From Prorocentrum cordatum (Eukaryota), in the NCBI GenBank assembly GCA_963575745.1, contig CAUYUJ010000303.1, forward strand, positions 372,001 through 436,000: 64,000 nucleotides of DNA, written 5' to 3'. Numbering within the stretch: position 1 is the first letter of the stretch; each line of letters begins with the position of its first letter. This document shows, one piece after another, positions 1 to 12,685 of the stretch. The notes under the pieces are model-generated. The model saw nothing but the letters and a program-made list of their open reading frames with translations. It was not told the origin of the DNA and searched no databases. Both the position numbers and the translations under genes were made by a program.

Positions 1-1275
1 TGTTTCCTTTGGCGGCGAGGAAAGCCTAGAAGCCTTCGTGCCCGTCGGAAAGCGCCGCCTGTGCATGCTCAAGGTGGTCCGTGGTCTCAGTGCCGTGAAG
101 GGCGCCTTGAACGAAACGACAATGTTAGAGCAAGTGCTTGGGAAGCTTCGCGTCGGAGAAGGAGACAACGTGGATGAAGCGTCGACTCCTGTGAAAAACG
201 CTTCCGCAGCAGCGGGGGTTGCAGCAGGATCTCCCGCGGCAGCGGGAGAAAAAGGTCGGGATCCCATGGCGGATCTCCTCGGAACCGTGAAGGGCGCATC
301 GAAAGCGAAGCAGGTGGCGGCGCGTCGCCAACCAGAGAAAACCCTTGAGAAACAGAAAATATTGTCTCGAGGCACGCTCTGCCTCTCGCTCCGTGCGGTC
401 GTCTTGGGCGGCGTCGGGCCTCCGCTGACTGATTACATGATGCATGTATGTATATGTTGTGTATGTATGGTGTGTCGACGTATATGTATGTACATACGTA
501 TATGTGTGTATTTATATCTATATAGGTATGTATATATAACGCGGTCGCAGGGGCGTGGCCCGCGGCCCAGGGCGGGGCCCGAGACTCTGGGACAGGACAT
601 AGGGCCTCATCATCGTAGGATGCTCATCATTCTCACCATCGCCATGATGGGGGGGGAGGAGGGGACAGCTACCAGCTGCGCGCTGGCGCCACCGCCGCCC
701 CCCCGCGCCCGCTGGCGCATCCGCAGTGCGGCTGCGGGAGGGACTGCGCCTCAATTCCTGCAGAGGCGGCCTGCAGGCATGTTGCACTTGTGGCGTCTAG
801 TACAAACGCCCGAGCGGCCCGCTTTTTTTTTGGGGGGGCTCTTGCTTCACGGTGGAAGAGGAGACTATCATCATCCCCCGTGCCGCGTTCGCCTTCCCTC
901 GACGACGGCGTCGGCGACTTCCCACATTCTGGCCTTGTTTTCTGGGGAGTGTTCTCGGAGTCGTTCGGGGCGTTCGTTCGTGTGTGCATGCTTCTGAGTT
1001 TTCTGCGCGTCGTTCGGGCCGCTCGTCCTGGTGTGAGTCGTTCGGGCCCCTCCTCGCCAGCCCATCTCACAGCGGCAACCCTCGCGAAGCATGCCGACGG
1101 TCGTGTTTTTTTTTCAGGCGTGTGTCCGCTGGTCCCCGCATATCTCCCTTGTTCCTCGTTCCTCCCGCCCCCTTGTACATCCTCCTTGTGGGGGGATGCG
1201 ACCGTTTGCTTGCCCTGCAGCGCTGGGCTCGAGACCAGAGGGCGGCCGCGTGTGCGCGCGCATGGCTTCGGCATC

Positions 1276-2736
1276 ATGGCAGCCGCAGCCGCTCCGCCCC
1301 CAGACCCAGGAGACGCTCGCCCTGCAAACGCGCCTCTGCGGTTCGGGCACGACCGCGAGGCCAACGAATTTGTGGAGTTTTGGTACCAAGAAGGCAAAAA
1401 GAAAGACCCCGACAGAGTGCTCATGAACCCACGGAAACTAAAGGGGACAATATTCGGATTCGGGTACGTTATGCGCCGCAGCAGCGGCGCGGCTTGCCAT
1501 TATGACTCTGGCAGACGCATATGTAAGAATATTCATTTCTGCTCGCAGTGGCCGTGTCCCAGCGACCATCGTCTGGCGGACGGTTCTGTGGACTACAATA
1601 AGTGGTCAGACTTGCAAGCGCCCTGGCATTTAGGGCAATGCGCGGGCGGGTGGCCCGCAGGAGCGGGGGCCCCCGCAGCAGCGGAGGCGCCGGCCGAGGC
1701 GTGCGAGGTCCCTGCTGAAGCGGCAGCGGAGCCGTCGGTGGGCCCTGCTGAAGGCCCCGCAGCAGCGGGGCCGTCAGCGGAGGCGTGCGTGGCCCCTGCT
1801 GAAGTGGCAGCGGAGCCGTACGTGGGCTCTTCTGACGGCCCCGCAGCAGCGGGTGCGTCAGCGGAAGCGTGCGCGCCTCCTCCTGAAGTGGCGGCGGCAC
1901 CGTGCGCGTGCCCTTCTGCAGAGCCCGCAACAGCGGAGGCGTCCGTAGGTCCTGCTGGCGCGCATGGCGCCGACGCAATCGCCGAGGCCGCTTCCGCAGT
2001 GGAGTCTGCCCTGAAGGACTCCGCGGCAACAGCAGCTCTCTCAGCAAAGGAGGTTGCCCCTGTCGCTTTCCCCCAACCCGCCCCGCTTGCTGTTCGCGAC
2101 ATAGCGGAACCCGTGCTTCCAGGGGCGGAAGTTGCTGCAGTGACCGCCTGTGAACAGACAGCCGCGACAGCAGGCGCTGCGGTTGCCCCTGCAGGCGCCC
2201 CCGCAGCAGCGGGGGCGCCTGCAGGGGCACTTTCAGAACAAGGCCAGAGGTGCTTCGAGAAATTGATGAAGTTGTCGCGCAGTATTCGCGGAAGGCCGGG
2301 GGGAGGCCGAGAGTGGATAGGGTATTCTGCTTTCGTAATCTTTGCGCTTCTGCGGAAGGTGCGCGTCTACGTGTGGGAAGGACGCAACAGAGTCGACCTT
2401 TGCAAAGCTGTCTTGCCGCCGTGGAAACTAGAGGAGTTAACCCGCGAGCCTGCGGTGGACGCGATCGCGCGTTGCGCCGTCCCCCGAGAATCGGGGCCAC
2501 CGGACTGGGCCCCCGTGTCGGAGGAGTATCCTTTGTTTCTATGCAATCATTTTATCGCAGGCGTCTCCACCGACTTTGTGGATTTCACGGGAGATGCTTC
2601 GACGGTGGACGGTTTCTATTCGGCTCTCGGTGTGTTCGTCGTGTCCACAGTCGCAGACGGGGACTGCGGTTTGGATTGCATGTTGCGGATGACCCAGGAG
2701 GTTTCCACGCGAGAGTCTCGCAGGGAGCTCCGCCAG
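1276..2736 (+). CDS. Exon 1 of OTU-like/transposase fusion: Cys/His-rich N-terminus, Ala/Pro/Glu-rich linker, OTU-like motifs
   Basis: ATG at 1276 is in frame with ORF 790..2763. Motifs: EWIGYSAFVIFALLRKVRVYVW, CNHF, VADGDCGLDC, then RRELRQ up to the inferred donor. Confidence 0.6.
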
Positions 2737-2910
2737 GACAGTTGCTCTCTCCGACCACCCTGATCCTTCGCTTCCATCTCTGCTGCCCCCACATGCTCTC
2801 CCCCTCCTTGTCTCCCCATTTTGCCTTCATGCCTCTCCCATCGCGCCCTTCTCTCCCCTCGTGCCCTCCCCACCGAGTCTCCTTGCCCCTCCTCCATGCC
2901 CGCCCGCCAG
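2737..2910 (+). other. Putative phase-0 GA-AG intron (174 bp)
   Basis: CGCCAG|GACA occurs at both boundaries; the interior is pyrimidine-rich and holds the in-frame TGA at 2761. Removal gives RRELRQ-DIADYI, an OTU-like helix. Confidence 0.7.
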
Positions 2911-5274
2911 GACATCGCGGACTACATCGTGCAAAGGGTGCGTCTGGCGCGGTTCCTCGACGCGATGGTCCTGACACAAGAAGTCACGCAGGATGACGTC
3001 CAGGAGCTTCGTCGCCTGCAGAGCGCCTTAGACGACGAAGAACTTGTCCCGCAGCCTGGCCACGCCGCCCCTCCGAGAGCACAGGGCGTTGCCGCCGCAG
3101 CAGCGGCGGCGCCACCTGAGGACTTGGCAGTGGTGGAAGTCGACGCCGAGGCTGTCTGTCAGGAGCTCGTGCAAGCCATCCAATGGTGGACAGGACTGAC
3201 AGACGCTGCGTGCGCCCTGGACGTAGCTCGGGAGTTGATGCCCGCAGAGCGGGAGGAGCAGCTCTTGAGGTACAGGAACCGCGGCTGCGAGCGCAAAGCC
3301 CCCGCCCAGAACAAGAAGCGCGTGGTGGTCCCGTCGCTCCTGTGCTCGAGGATGGAGATAGCGGGTGCTTTCGACGAGCACATGCGCTCTTTAGGCTGGA
3401 CGCCTGGAGACCGCTTTCCGTATGGAGGGGCGCGTTCATTCATGGATGCGTGGGACTGGGGTTCCATGTCCCGTCTCCCTCTCAGGAAGCGCACGCGCGT
3501 TGTGCGGCGCTGGCACAAGGCTTTTCTGTCGTCGAAATACGCCTCCGCAGTAGCGGAGGCTGTTCGGCAGCCGCGGGGACACGAGAAGCAGCGCGGGCAG
3601 GGGCGCCTCCTGAAGTGGAAAGGGCGGAAAAGGATACCACAACAGGGACAGGGCCCAGCTCGAAAATGCCCTTGGCTGCGGCAAGCTCTGTTTGAATGGT
3701 GGAGTTCCATTCGGCACAGTGTGGATTGGAAGATGATCAAAAGTGGACTGCGAAGTACCCAAAGAGAGCCAGCGAAGATAGCAAGGTTCACGCAAAGCAT
3801 GCTCCAGACCAAAGCGTTGGAGCTCATGGGCGAGTACGTCACGCAGCAGCTGCGGATCGGGCAGCGACCCGCCGCCGTGGAGTTGAGGTCGCGCTGGTGG
3901 GCCTCCTGGCGCAAGGAATACGGCCTCAGCATGCGGTGCCCGAACAGGAAGTACAAGTGCCCGCTGCCCGTCTTGGAAGAGCGCCTCGAGCGAGGCTGGC
4001 TGAACGTGTTTAGGGTGCGCGCCGCGTGCGTGCTACTCAACGAGCAGGATCCCGAGATGGAGAACTTCGACCAGTCGCCTTTCCACCACAATGAAACAGG
4101 ATCAGCTGGCGTGAGGACCCTCGCAGTAGCGGGGGTCGAAGTGCCACTGGTGGAGTGCCACGGCGCGGTGCGGGAGCGGTGGACGGCCAATTTCATGACA
4201 ATGAGCGACAAGGATCGACTGCGGAGAGAAGGCCCCCCACCGATGGAGTGCATGTTCAAGGCGGAGGGGGGAGGAGAGAAGTTGAGGCCGCGCCTGCTCG
4301 AACACCTTCGGCGCCGAGGGTTCGGCAGATGGGTGTCGGCGACCACCAGCACCAAGGGGTCTTACCGGACACCGTGCGCGCTCGCGTACCTGGACCGCCA
4401 CCTCCCTCATCTGCCAGAGCCTCCGCAGCAGCGGGAGTGGAGAATTATGATGGCGGATGATCATAGCCCTCACTTGTCCCCGCTTGTGAGTAAGCCATGT
4501 TGGTCTCGAGGGTACGTGTTCATCCCGCACGGGGGCGGCGTAACCCCAATCCTCCAAACTGTGGACACACATCTGAATCAACACGCCAAGCGCGAGTACA
4601 TGAAGAGAGAAGGAGCCGCGCTGCTGAGAGCCATGAGGCTGGGCCAGTGCGTCCCACAGCTGGACAAGTTAGAATGCATTGACTTGATGGTGGAAGTGAT
4701 GTCCCAAATGAGTCTTCACTTGGCTGCGGCAGACGGGTACTGGGAAACTGGTTTCAAGGCAAATCTGTGGGATGCGGACTTGGACGCGCGCATATGCAAG
4801 GAGGCAGGCCATTTCTGGAGAAAGTTGGGGATGCGTGAGAAGGTCGCCGCCGCAGTAGCGGAGGTCGAAGAAGAGGTACAGGCGGGGCGCTTGAGATGGA
4901 CTTACAAAGACATCATGCGATTGGTCCTCCCGCACCCTCGACGCGGCCACTGCGACGACGTGTTCGCAAACCTTGGAGACGACACGGCTCTGGACGAGGG
5001 CGACAAGATTTGGCGTGGCATGGAGGGGGCGGAAGACGCAGCCGAGGGTCTCCGCAGCAGCGGGGGCACTGAGGGTGGCAATTCCGTCGACGCCCTCGAA
5101 GGAGATGAAGATGATGGGAGCGAGGACGACGACGGGTGGAGCGCCGCTGGCGAGTTTGACTACGAATGGGCCAATCAAAGTCTCACCGCAGCAGCGGCGG
5201 GGGAGAGCGCGCTGGAGGCACCGCCTGGCCTGTCGACGTCTCGCATGGAAACTGCGGAGCAGACGTCTGATTGA
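2911..5274 (+). CDS. Pogo-like DDE_1 (DDD) transposase, exon 2
   Basis: Catalytic-type motifs ENFDQSP, IMMADDHSPH and GGVTPILQTVDTHLN. The upstream LFEWW...WWASWRKEYGLS segment resembles a CENP-B-type HTH. Confidence 0.8.
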   Translation, partial: DIADYIVQRVRLARFLDAMVLTQEVTQDDVQELRRLQSALDDEELVPQPGHAAPPRAQGVAAAAAAAPPEDLAVVEVDAEAVCQELVQAIQWWTGLTDAACALDVARELMPAEREEQLLRYRNRGCERKAPAQNKKRVVVPSLLCSRMEIAGAFDEHMRSLGWTPGDRFPYGGARSFMDAWDWGSMSRLPLRKRTRVVRRWHKAFLSSKYASAVAEAVRQPRGHEKQRGQGRLLKWKGRKRIPQQGQGPARKCPWLRQALFEWWSSIRHSVDWKMIKSGLRSTQREPAKIARFTQSMLQTKALELMGEYVTQQLRIGQRPAAVELRSRWWASWRKEYGLSMRCPNRKYKCPLPVLEERLERGWLNVFRVRAACVLLNEQDPEMENFDQSPFHHNETGSAGVRTLAVAGVEVPLVECHGAVRERWTANFMTMSDKDRLRREGPPPMECMFKAEGGGEKLRPRLLEHLRRRGFGRWVSATTSTKGSYRTPCALAYLDRHLPHLPEPPQQREWRIMMADDHSPHLSPLVSKPCWSRGYVFIPHGGGVTPILQTVDTHLNQHAKREYMKREGAALLRAMRLGQCVPQLDKLECIDLMVEVMSQMSLHLAAADGYWETGFKANLWDADLDARICKEAGHFWRKLGMREKVAAAVAEVEEEVQAGRLRWTYKDIMRLVLPHPRRGHCDDVFANLGDDTALDEGDKIWRGMEGAEDAAEGLRSSGGTEGGNSVDALEGDEDDGSEDDDGWSAAGEFDYEWANQSLTAAAAGESALEAPPGLSTSRMETAEQTSD

Positions 5275-5949
5275 TGAGAACGTATTCGTCGATCGCTGAG
5301 GAGTTGCGCAGCTGGGGCGACATCGCGGGGGCCACGTTCATGGAGACGCAATTACGGAAAGAACGGAGGCGAGTGCGTGAAGTGTCGAAGGAAGATCCTG
5401 GGGTTCAGCGGGCCCTCGCAGCATACGAGGACGCCCGCGAGGCGACGCTCAGAAACGAGAAACGACAGCGGGATGTCGAGGCGCGGCGCAGAGAAGAGCT
5501 AACCCGCCTGGGGGACGACGTAAAGAAAGCGCGCAAGCTGCTGAGGACACAGCAAGCCAAACTCTTAGACGCAGAGGCAGCCATAGATATCAAACACAGG
5601 ATGAAGCATGTCGGGTTATCCGAGCTGGGCGCGGGCCTTCGCAGCTGCGGAGGCGCGGCGGGTCGAACGTCGAGGTACGACGCGCTGAATCGCCTTGCGA
5701 TTTTGGGTTCTGGGCTTTCTGCAGCTCAGCGGTCAGATTTTGATTGGTTTCGGCGGGAATGGGACGCCGCTGGCATGGAGGACTTCGGTGGAAAGTGGCC
5801 GGAGACGTTTGCCACATGGTTGCAGGAACGTCATAGACGAGTACTTGGGGGGCAACCCGAGAGCTTTCAGCATGTTTGTGCACAGTGAGACGCGACGCCG
5901 TCTGTCTGGCTCCCTGGCGCTTGCGCCCCCTGCAGCTGGGGGCCTCTGA
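5271..5949 (+). pseudogene. Frameshifted coiled-coil C-terminal continuation of the transposase gene
   Basis: ORF 5271..5888 overlaps the transposase stop; protein-like sequence (FATWLQ / NVIDEYLGGNPRAF) continues in another frame to 5949. Confidence 0.45.
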
Positions 5950-6235
5950 GAGGCGCGGCCCGCCGCAGCAGCGGCGAGGCGCGGGGTGTGAGTTCGGGCA
6001 GCAGCCACTGCTCTTCCACCTGCCTGCGACTGAGGTGCCGCGTGCGCGCGCGGACGTAGCGCAGGCCTTGCGCAGAAGAAACAGGGAGGAGGGGGGACGG
6101 GGGAGGAGGTGAGAGGAGGGGGAGAGCAGGCAGGGGGAGAAAACCACGCGGGTGTCGATCACTCCGCCCCTCCTCCTGCTCTCCCCCCTCCTTCTCCCTG
6201 ATCTCTCCTGGTCATTATATCATTCCTCTCTCTAT

Positions 6236-6458
<223 letters not shown>

Positions 6459-6585
6459 CGCCCTTTCCTTCCCTATCCGCCCCGTCTTCCTCCTCTTCGC
6501 CCCGTCCCCCTCCTTCCACCGCCGTTTCGGCCCCAGGAGTTCGGCTCTGACGGCCGCCCCCCCTGCAACGCGGGGGCAGGGAGCG

Positions 6586-8654
6586 ATGGCCGCGGCCACC
6601 AGCAGCAGCAGCAGCCCATTGGGCCCCGCAGCAGCGGGGCCTCGGGGCCGACTGACGGCAGTGTTCACAGCGAAATCTGGGAAGGTTTGGCGACCTGTGG
6701 GTGGTCAGGCAGAACCCTGGAAGGGTCCTTGGGCCCTTGTGCCAGAGGGCGCCCCCGCAGCAGCGGGGGCTGCGCTGCCTGGCGTTTCAAGCTCAGCAGC
6801 GGCGGCGCGATCAGAAGTTTCTACGATACGCGCCCGCCCAGGCGACTCCGTGGTGGATCCGAGCGATGACGAAGAGCCTCAGGAATTTAGGGGCTGCAGG
6901 CCGCCCGACGACGTCGAACGGCGCGAATGCGTTCTTCGCGACACCGTCCCGCCAAAGTTCTTCTGCGAACGAAGAGCGGCTGACGTGAACATGCCACGGA
7001 ACGACAACGTGGGCAACCTTTCCGTCCTGTTCGGGAACTGGGGCCCCATGCCGAGCGAGACCAACCACGCGGACCAGCGGCGGAGACTTGAGTTGCAGCT
7101 GCGGCATTGCCCTGCTCTCGTGGCGTGCTTTGCGGAATGTGAGGAGCAGATGGAGTCAATCCTACAGCGGCCAGGGAGACCACCGCCGCTGCAGGCGGAC
7201 GCCCCCGCAGCAGCGGGGGCGTCAGCAGCGGAGGGCCAAAGCAGCAGCAGCGGTGGGCCTTTTGTCGCCCCCGCAGCAGCGATGGCGACAGCAAGAGGAA
7301 GTCGTGCTGCGAGTGTTGGCGATTGCCAACAGCTCCAGAATCGACCAGAGTACGAATACTTGACCCTGCGCGGGCGTGAGGACAAGTCCTTGTGCATCGC
7401 TGCGCGCGCAAATCTGTGTTACGAAATGCGGCTGCTCCACTGGGAAAGGAGCGTCGACGGCCACTACAAAACAGCAAGAGGGCGCAAGATGGAAGCGTTC
7501 TCGAGGATCATGGTGGTTGAGATCTACTTCGATCAAACCTACGCCCACTTCGGCTCGACAGTGCGGGTGTGCGCGGTGCACCTCCACCGCGACACGGCGA
7601 AAATTCCAGAGGCTTCAACGAGGCTCACAAGACGTGGTGGCCGAGGTTGGCGACCATCTTGCAGGACAACAGCGTTGACATCCTTTGTGGGGATTTCAAC
7701 ATGGCGCTCACACAGACGCTGCCGAGTCTTCGGGGTCTAGGCATGCGATTGGAGACGGCAGCAGCGTACTTCTGGCGCGGATTGGACGGCACTCCGTGCT
7801 TGGGCAGCTGCTGCATCTTCGTTCTCAACAGGCCTGGCGAGTACACCCTGTGCTGGCCGCTGGGCGCCGTGCACGGCAGGGACGAGGCGGGGTTGCTCTT
7901 CGCACGCAAGTCGGTGATCGGTGAGATCGGGTACCGTAACAGAAGCAAGGCAGAGGCCCCCGCAGCAGCGGGGGCCTCCACCAGCCCATCATCGCAGCCG
8001 ACGTGCTGGCACCACAGCCAGAACGGAGGCCCTGGGATGCCTTACTCTTGCTACGACCCGAAAAAAGACGCCCGCGAGCACCTCCAGGATTTACTGACCC
8101 AGTCAGAGGAATGCCAACGCAAGATCCAAGAGACGGGGCGTGAGAAACTGAGGCGCGCCGAGGCTGAGGCTAGAGGGGGCCACCGCTTCTCTAGCAATCG
8201 CGAGGTGACCCTCTTCCGCGCGTTGCAGAAGACGTTCCCGCCAGAGACCGTGGAGGTGGAGGGGCGCTGGCACGGCGGCGCCCACTACCCTCTCTTGCTC
8301 CAAATGCGCATGGCCAGCGTGCGCTCGCAGGGGAGGAAGCAGGAGAGAGCCAAAGAGAAGAAGGACAGGCGCGCCCAGAAACAGCTGGCAGCTGCGCTCA
8401 GGGCGCCGCTGCCGCCCGAGCAGCACGGACCCGAGCGCCAGGCGCCAGAGCAGCACAGCGAGAGGGACGAGCAAGACGAGCGCGCCCAACAGGCGTGGCG
8501 CACGCCAAGATGGGCAGACGAAAGCGCGGACGACGGCCGCGACAGGCCCGCGGCTGGCGATGGAAGGTCGCGGCGGGGGGTTGAAAGGGGGAGGGAGGGA
8601 GAGGGAGGGTGGAGCACGGGGAGGGCAGGAGGGAGGAGAGGGAATGAGGAATAG
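6586..8654 (+). pseudogene. EEP (endonuclease/exonuclease/phosphatase, APE-like) protein with one frameshift near 7600
   Basis: Ordered motifs LSVLFGNWG, CFAECE, VCAVHLH (ORF 6586) and VDILCGDFNM, GGAHYPL (ORF 7569). The frames join across the A-run in GCGAAAATTCC. Confidence 0.65.
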
Positions 8655-9510
8655 GCTGAGCAGGACGAGGGATGACACAAGGAAGTGAGTGTCGGAAAGG
8701 GGCGGGAGTTGACAGGGAGGGGATACTTATAGAAATAATTACTTATCACCCCCAAGGTGGCAGCCGACCCCGCAGTGCCCATCTCCAGGGCAGGGCTGGA
8801 GCAGCGAGGGCAGCGCGGCGCCGCCAGCTACATCTCGGACGCGATCGCTGCCCTCGGCCACGAGCCGCCAGAGCTCCCGCAGCAGCGGAGGCCACAGACG
8901 CCACGGCAGCAACCAACAGACGGGGAGTGGCGCAGGGATGAGTGGTGGCGCACCAAGGAGGGCGAGGAGCGCGAGTGGCAACAGCCGAGCGGCGAGGCTT
9001 CTCGCTGCAGGACCGCATGGTCGACTCCGCCTGGCGCGACATGCAAGTTGCATTCGGCAGCGACCAACGCCCCAGTGACTGGTGGAGCAGCCACAGTGGG
9101 TGGAGTAGCGGCCAGGGGCACTGGGAGGCCACGACCACGACATCTTGGAGGTGGGTCGAACACCCCCCCGAGACCAATCCCTGGGAAGAACTTAGCTGAA
9201 CCATCGCACAGGAGCCGCCCCTCCGCAGCAGCGGATGGAGGCCTCATCGGCCGAACGTCGACCCTCCGCAGCAGCGGAGGCCTTGCCAATGCATCGTGAG
9301 CGGCGGCGACTCGCGCGCGCCGTCGTGCTCGGCGACCGCTGCCCGAGCGGAAAAGGAAAAAGAAACGGTGCTTTCATCGGCGTTGTCGTTGCCTCCTCTC
9401 CTTCATCGTTTTCTTCTCCCTCCCCCTCCAATCCCCCATCCCGCTATCACATTTTATTGTCTCCAATCGTATCGGGAGCTCCCGTGGCAGAAGAGCACCC
9501 GGAACGAGGT

Positions 9511-9595
9511 CCTCCGTGACAGAGGGGGGGCATCTTAGACCCCCTCTGTGACAGAGGGGGGGCATATTTGACCCCCTCTGTGACAGAGGGGGGGC
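9511..9595. repeat. Three palindromic units (CCCCTCTGT-G-ACAGAGGGG), period ~32 bp
   Basis: Visible directly; the first copy is degenerate. Confidence 0.9.
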
Positions 9596-9921
9596 CAAAA
9601 CACAAATGATCACTTTAATGCGGCTTCTGGATTACCTGCACGGCGGCCACGTAAATACCTTGGCAGGTCCTCATGGCGTATAGGCAAGCAGTTTCGAGTT
9701 ATAAAGTGGTGAAAGCCGCCAGGAGTGACCCAGGCTTCTCACGCAGACGAGCTGATTGAACTGCCCCCAGAGCTCGATTCGATTCGATTCCTCCCTACCT
9801 CCACCGTCTCCCACTCTCGCCTCCCTGCGCCCAGCCTCCTTCGTACCCTCCTTCCCTGCCCCAGTCGCACGCCATGAGCGAGAGGAGGGGGGAGTAACAG
9901 ACAGGGGACGGGACGAGGACG

Positions 9922-10321
9922 GATGATGATGATGATGATGATGATTATTATTCATTATGATGATGATGATGATGATGCTGGTGATGATGATGATTATGAT
10001 GATGATGATGATGATGCTGATGCTGATGATGATGATGGTGGTGGTGATGATGATGACGATGAAGATGATGATGGCGATGATGATGATCATGATGATGATC
10101 ATGATGATGATGGTGATGATGATGATGCTGATGATGATGCTGTTGATGACGATGACGATGACGATGATGTTGATGATGATGATGATGATGATGAGGAGGG
10201 GGATGCGGAGGACGATGAGGATGAGGAGGAGGAGGAGGAAAAGGAGGAAAAGGAGGAAACGAATGAAAAGGAGGAGGATGAGGAGGAGGAGGAAGAGGAG
10301 GATGAGGCGGAGGAGGAGGAG
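9922..10321. repeat. (GAT)n followed by (GAG)n microsatellite
   Basis: Visible directly in the sequence. Confidence 0.95.
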
Positions 10322-12685
10322 TGTTCGGGAATGTTCGGCGACGACGAAGTCGAGGATCGCACGACGAGCGAGCGATGGCGCCACATGGGCCCCGAGGCCT
10401 CCCGCGGCCTAGTGTGGCGGTTCCTTGCCCTGCTTCATACACGATAAAACATATTTCCCATTCTTAGTGGGTTCCTGGCATTTATCAAAAAGGCCCTTGA
10501 TACTACCCCCGTCAGTACCTTTGGTACGACGGCCACATCTAGTGCACCACCAGAGGCTAAATTTCTCAGTGAATTGCATGATGTGGGTGGGGTGAATGGT
10601 TATTGCACCTACGCGGATGGCTGTGCCTCTCTTCCGTTTGGACGAGGCTATGCTACATTCTTTAAGCCAGTGTTTAATTACAGCTCCTCCAGCGTTCCTA
10701 CTGACTTGTTCGTTACACTTGCTACACTGCCATCTACATCGCGAGCGAACGAGGAGGTGGGGGCTAGACTCGAGGACGGCTCTCAACTCAGTCCTGGCTT
10801 GTTTACGTTGCTGTCTTGTTTTATACTTTTCTGGGATCATGGCCTGGCTGTCGCTCTCGCACGCGTCGAGGTGCGCACGGATCAAGCGTCGCCAGACCAA
10901 GCACTGAATAGCATGTACCCAGTTGTAGCATTGCATCTGTGCCCCTGGGATGTCGTGCTCGGAGGCGGCGTCGGACGCCAGCTCGTCGGCCAGCAATTTT
11001 CCCAACCATGCCTCGGCACTGACCTGTTTCTTGACCGCCTCCTCCGCGTCCATGTGGCTCGTGATGTGTCGCAGCCCGATATCCTTGGCTGGGTTCATCT
11101 CGGCAGGAGCTCTTACACACAGTGCGAAATACACAGGGTCCCAGATGTCGGCATTCCTCCTGCGATGACCATGTCGAAGGTGTAGCTCTTTCTGCCATCC
11201 GTGGGTTGTAACGTCTGAATCAGCATAAATTGTGAGCGGTCCCGTTGTCGACCTGATCGCTTGTAGCACCGCCCACAACTCCGCTCGATTGTTGGTCTGG
11301 CGCCGTCCAGGTAGTGGTCCATGTTGTGCTGCTCGGATCTTCCATTCTTCTTGGTAGTGGAGGCATACCCATGACCATCCGCATCTGCGATATCTGCGGT
11401 CGCTCGATTGGGATCCACCACTACCGTCCGTTGAAATAACTGTGGGGCCTGTGATCGTGTGGATCGTGTCGACGTTCTCAATCTCGCCGATGTTGGTCGG
11501 GTTGTTCTCGGTGGTGCACTCTGGGGGAATCGTCCATTATTTCGGGCATAGACCACGGAGCCAAAAACAGGGCACCACCTTTGCTCCCTCAGCAGCTCGA
11601 TCCTTGAGTGTGTCTGATACTGAATAGTCTTTATGGTCCTGCCGCTGTGTGCAATTCCCCCATATGCGATGGTAGTCGTCTGCAACTTCCCCACACGAGC
11701 ATTTATCTTCAGCTTCTTCTCCAAAACATGCTCGTCTCCTAGCTGGTGTCCACATGGCTGCGCACGCTGCTGTCTGCAATACTCCAGCCTCTCGATGTTT
11801 GTCTCGGCGACGCATCTGAAGAACACGTTTACGCAGATCCGTGGTATCGATTCCCTTTTCCATGCCTTGACCGAGCCAGTGCCGAGAAGCTTTGTCCCAG
11901 AATACTGCTTGCTGGCTCTGGAGAACTGCGTGGATAACGTCCGTAGGATCTTTAGTGTGCGCGTGCTCGTCATCTCCCATTTGCCATTCATTGCCTTCAG
12001 GATCCAGCCAAAGGACGGGCGACAAGGGATCCCAGTTAACTTGCCATAACGAAAGTATGAGACTGCCGATCATTCCACGTCCTAGCCTCCATCGGTCTTG
12101 TGGCGTCTTACTCGCAAGGTTGCGGTAGATGGTACCCCAAGCACGGCAAGCTCCCTCGTGAAGGTCTGGTCTGTGGCACCACGTGTCGAACCATGTGTTG
12201 AGCTGTCCCTTCAAGATGCTGACAGCTGGGTCAGCTTGCTCAAGGTCAAGGTATGTTTGAAGACACCTTCCAAACCAGTGCTTGCCAATAGCCTTTGCTG
12301 CTGATCTGCGGAGTTGTGTCGTGGCTGTCGGTGGTTCGCCATAGATCTTGGTGCCATACAAGAACGAGGCGGTCGGGCCTTGCACCACAAGGATTCGTCC
12401 GCGGTGCCGATGTAACCTGCGTAGCTTGGTCCTGATCTTCCTCATCCTATCGGTGGCTGTCTTCACTCGCTTGGTGTGCGTGGGTCGCGTTCTTGCAACA
12501 GTGCCAGCACGATCGATTCCAAGGTCTCTTCCAGATGCGGCTGGTTTAACCGCACCTCCCTGTCGTCTGATCTCGTATGCGATATCGTGCGTCATCTGCT
12601 CGTTAGTAGTGATGATAACCGATTTGTCTTCCATCTCTAAGCCTTGCTCGGCTAAGCACTTGCTGTACTCGACCGTGGCGTTGAT
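10322..12685 (-). mobile_element. 5'-truncated non-LTR retrotransposon A (RT C-terminus/thumb, CCHC-like, RNase H, C-terminal Cys motifs), decayed
   Basis: ORF 11537..12784 has RDLGID, FLYG and CSCG..DDYHRIWGNC. ORF 10409..11278 has RNase H-like TIYADS, RNADIWD, HITSH, LADELA and CxxC motifs. Confidence 0.8.

Noticed and set aside
38..997. 319-aa ORF as one protein
   Set aside because: It reads through a (GTAT)-like repeat, probably intronic; only the first ~110 codons look protein-like and no family is recognisable.
9671..10447. Poly-Asp/Met/His/Ile ORFs, and similar low-complexity ORFs at 6152-6668, 33006-34188, 54906-55605 and 60220-61407
   Set aside because: They are translations of microsatellites and satellites.
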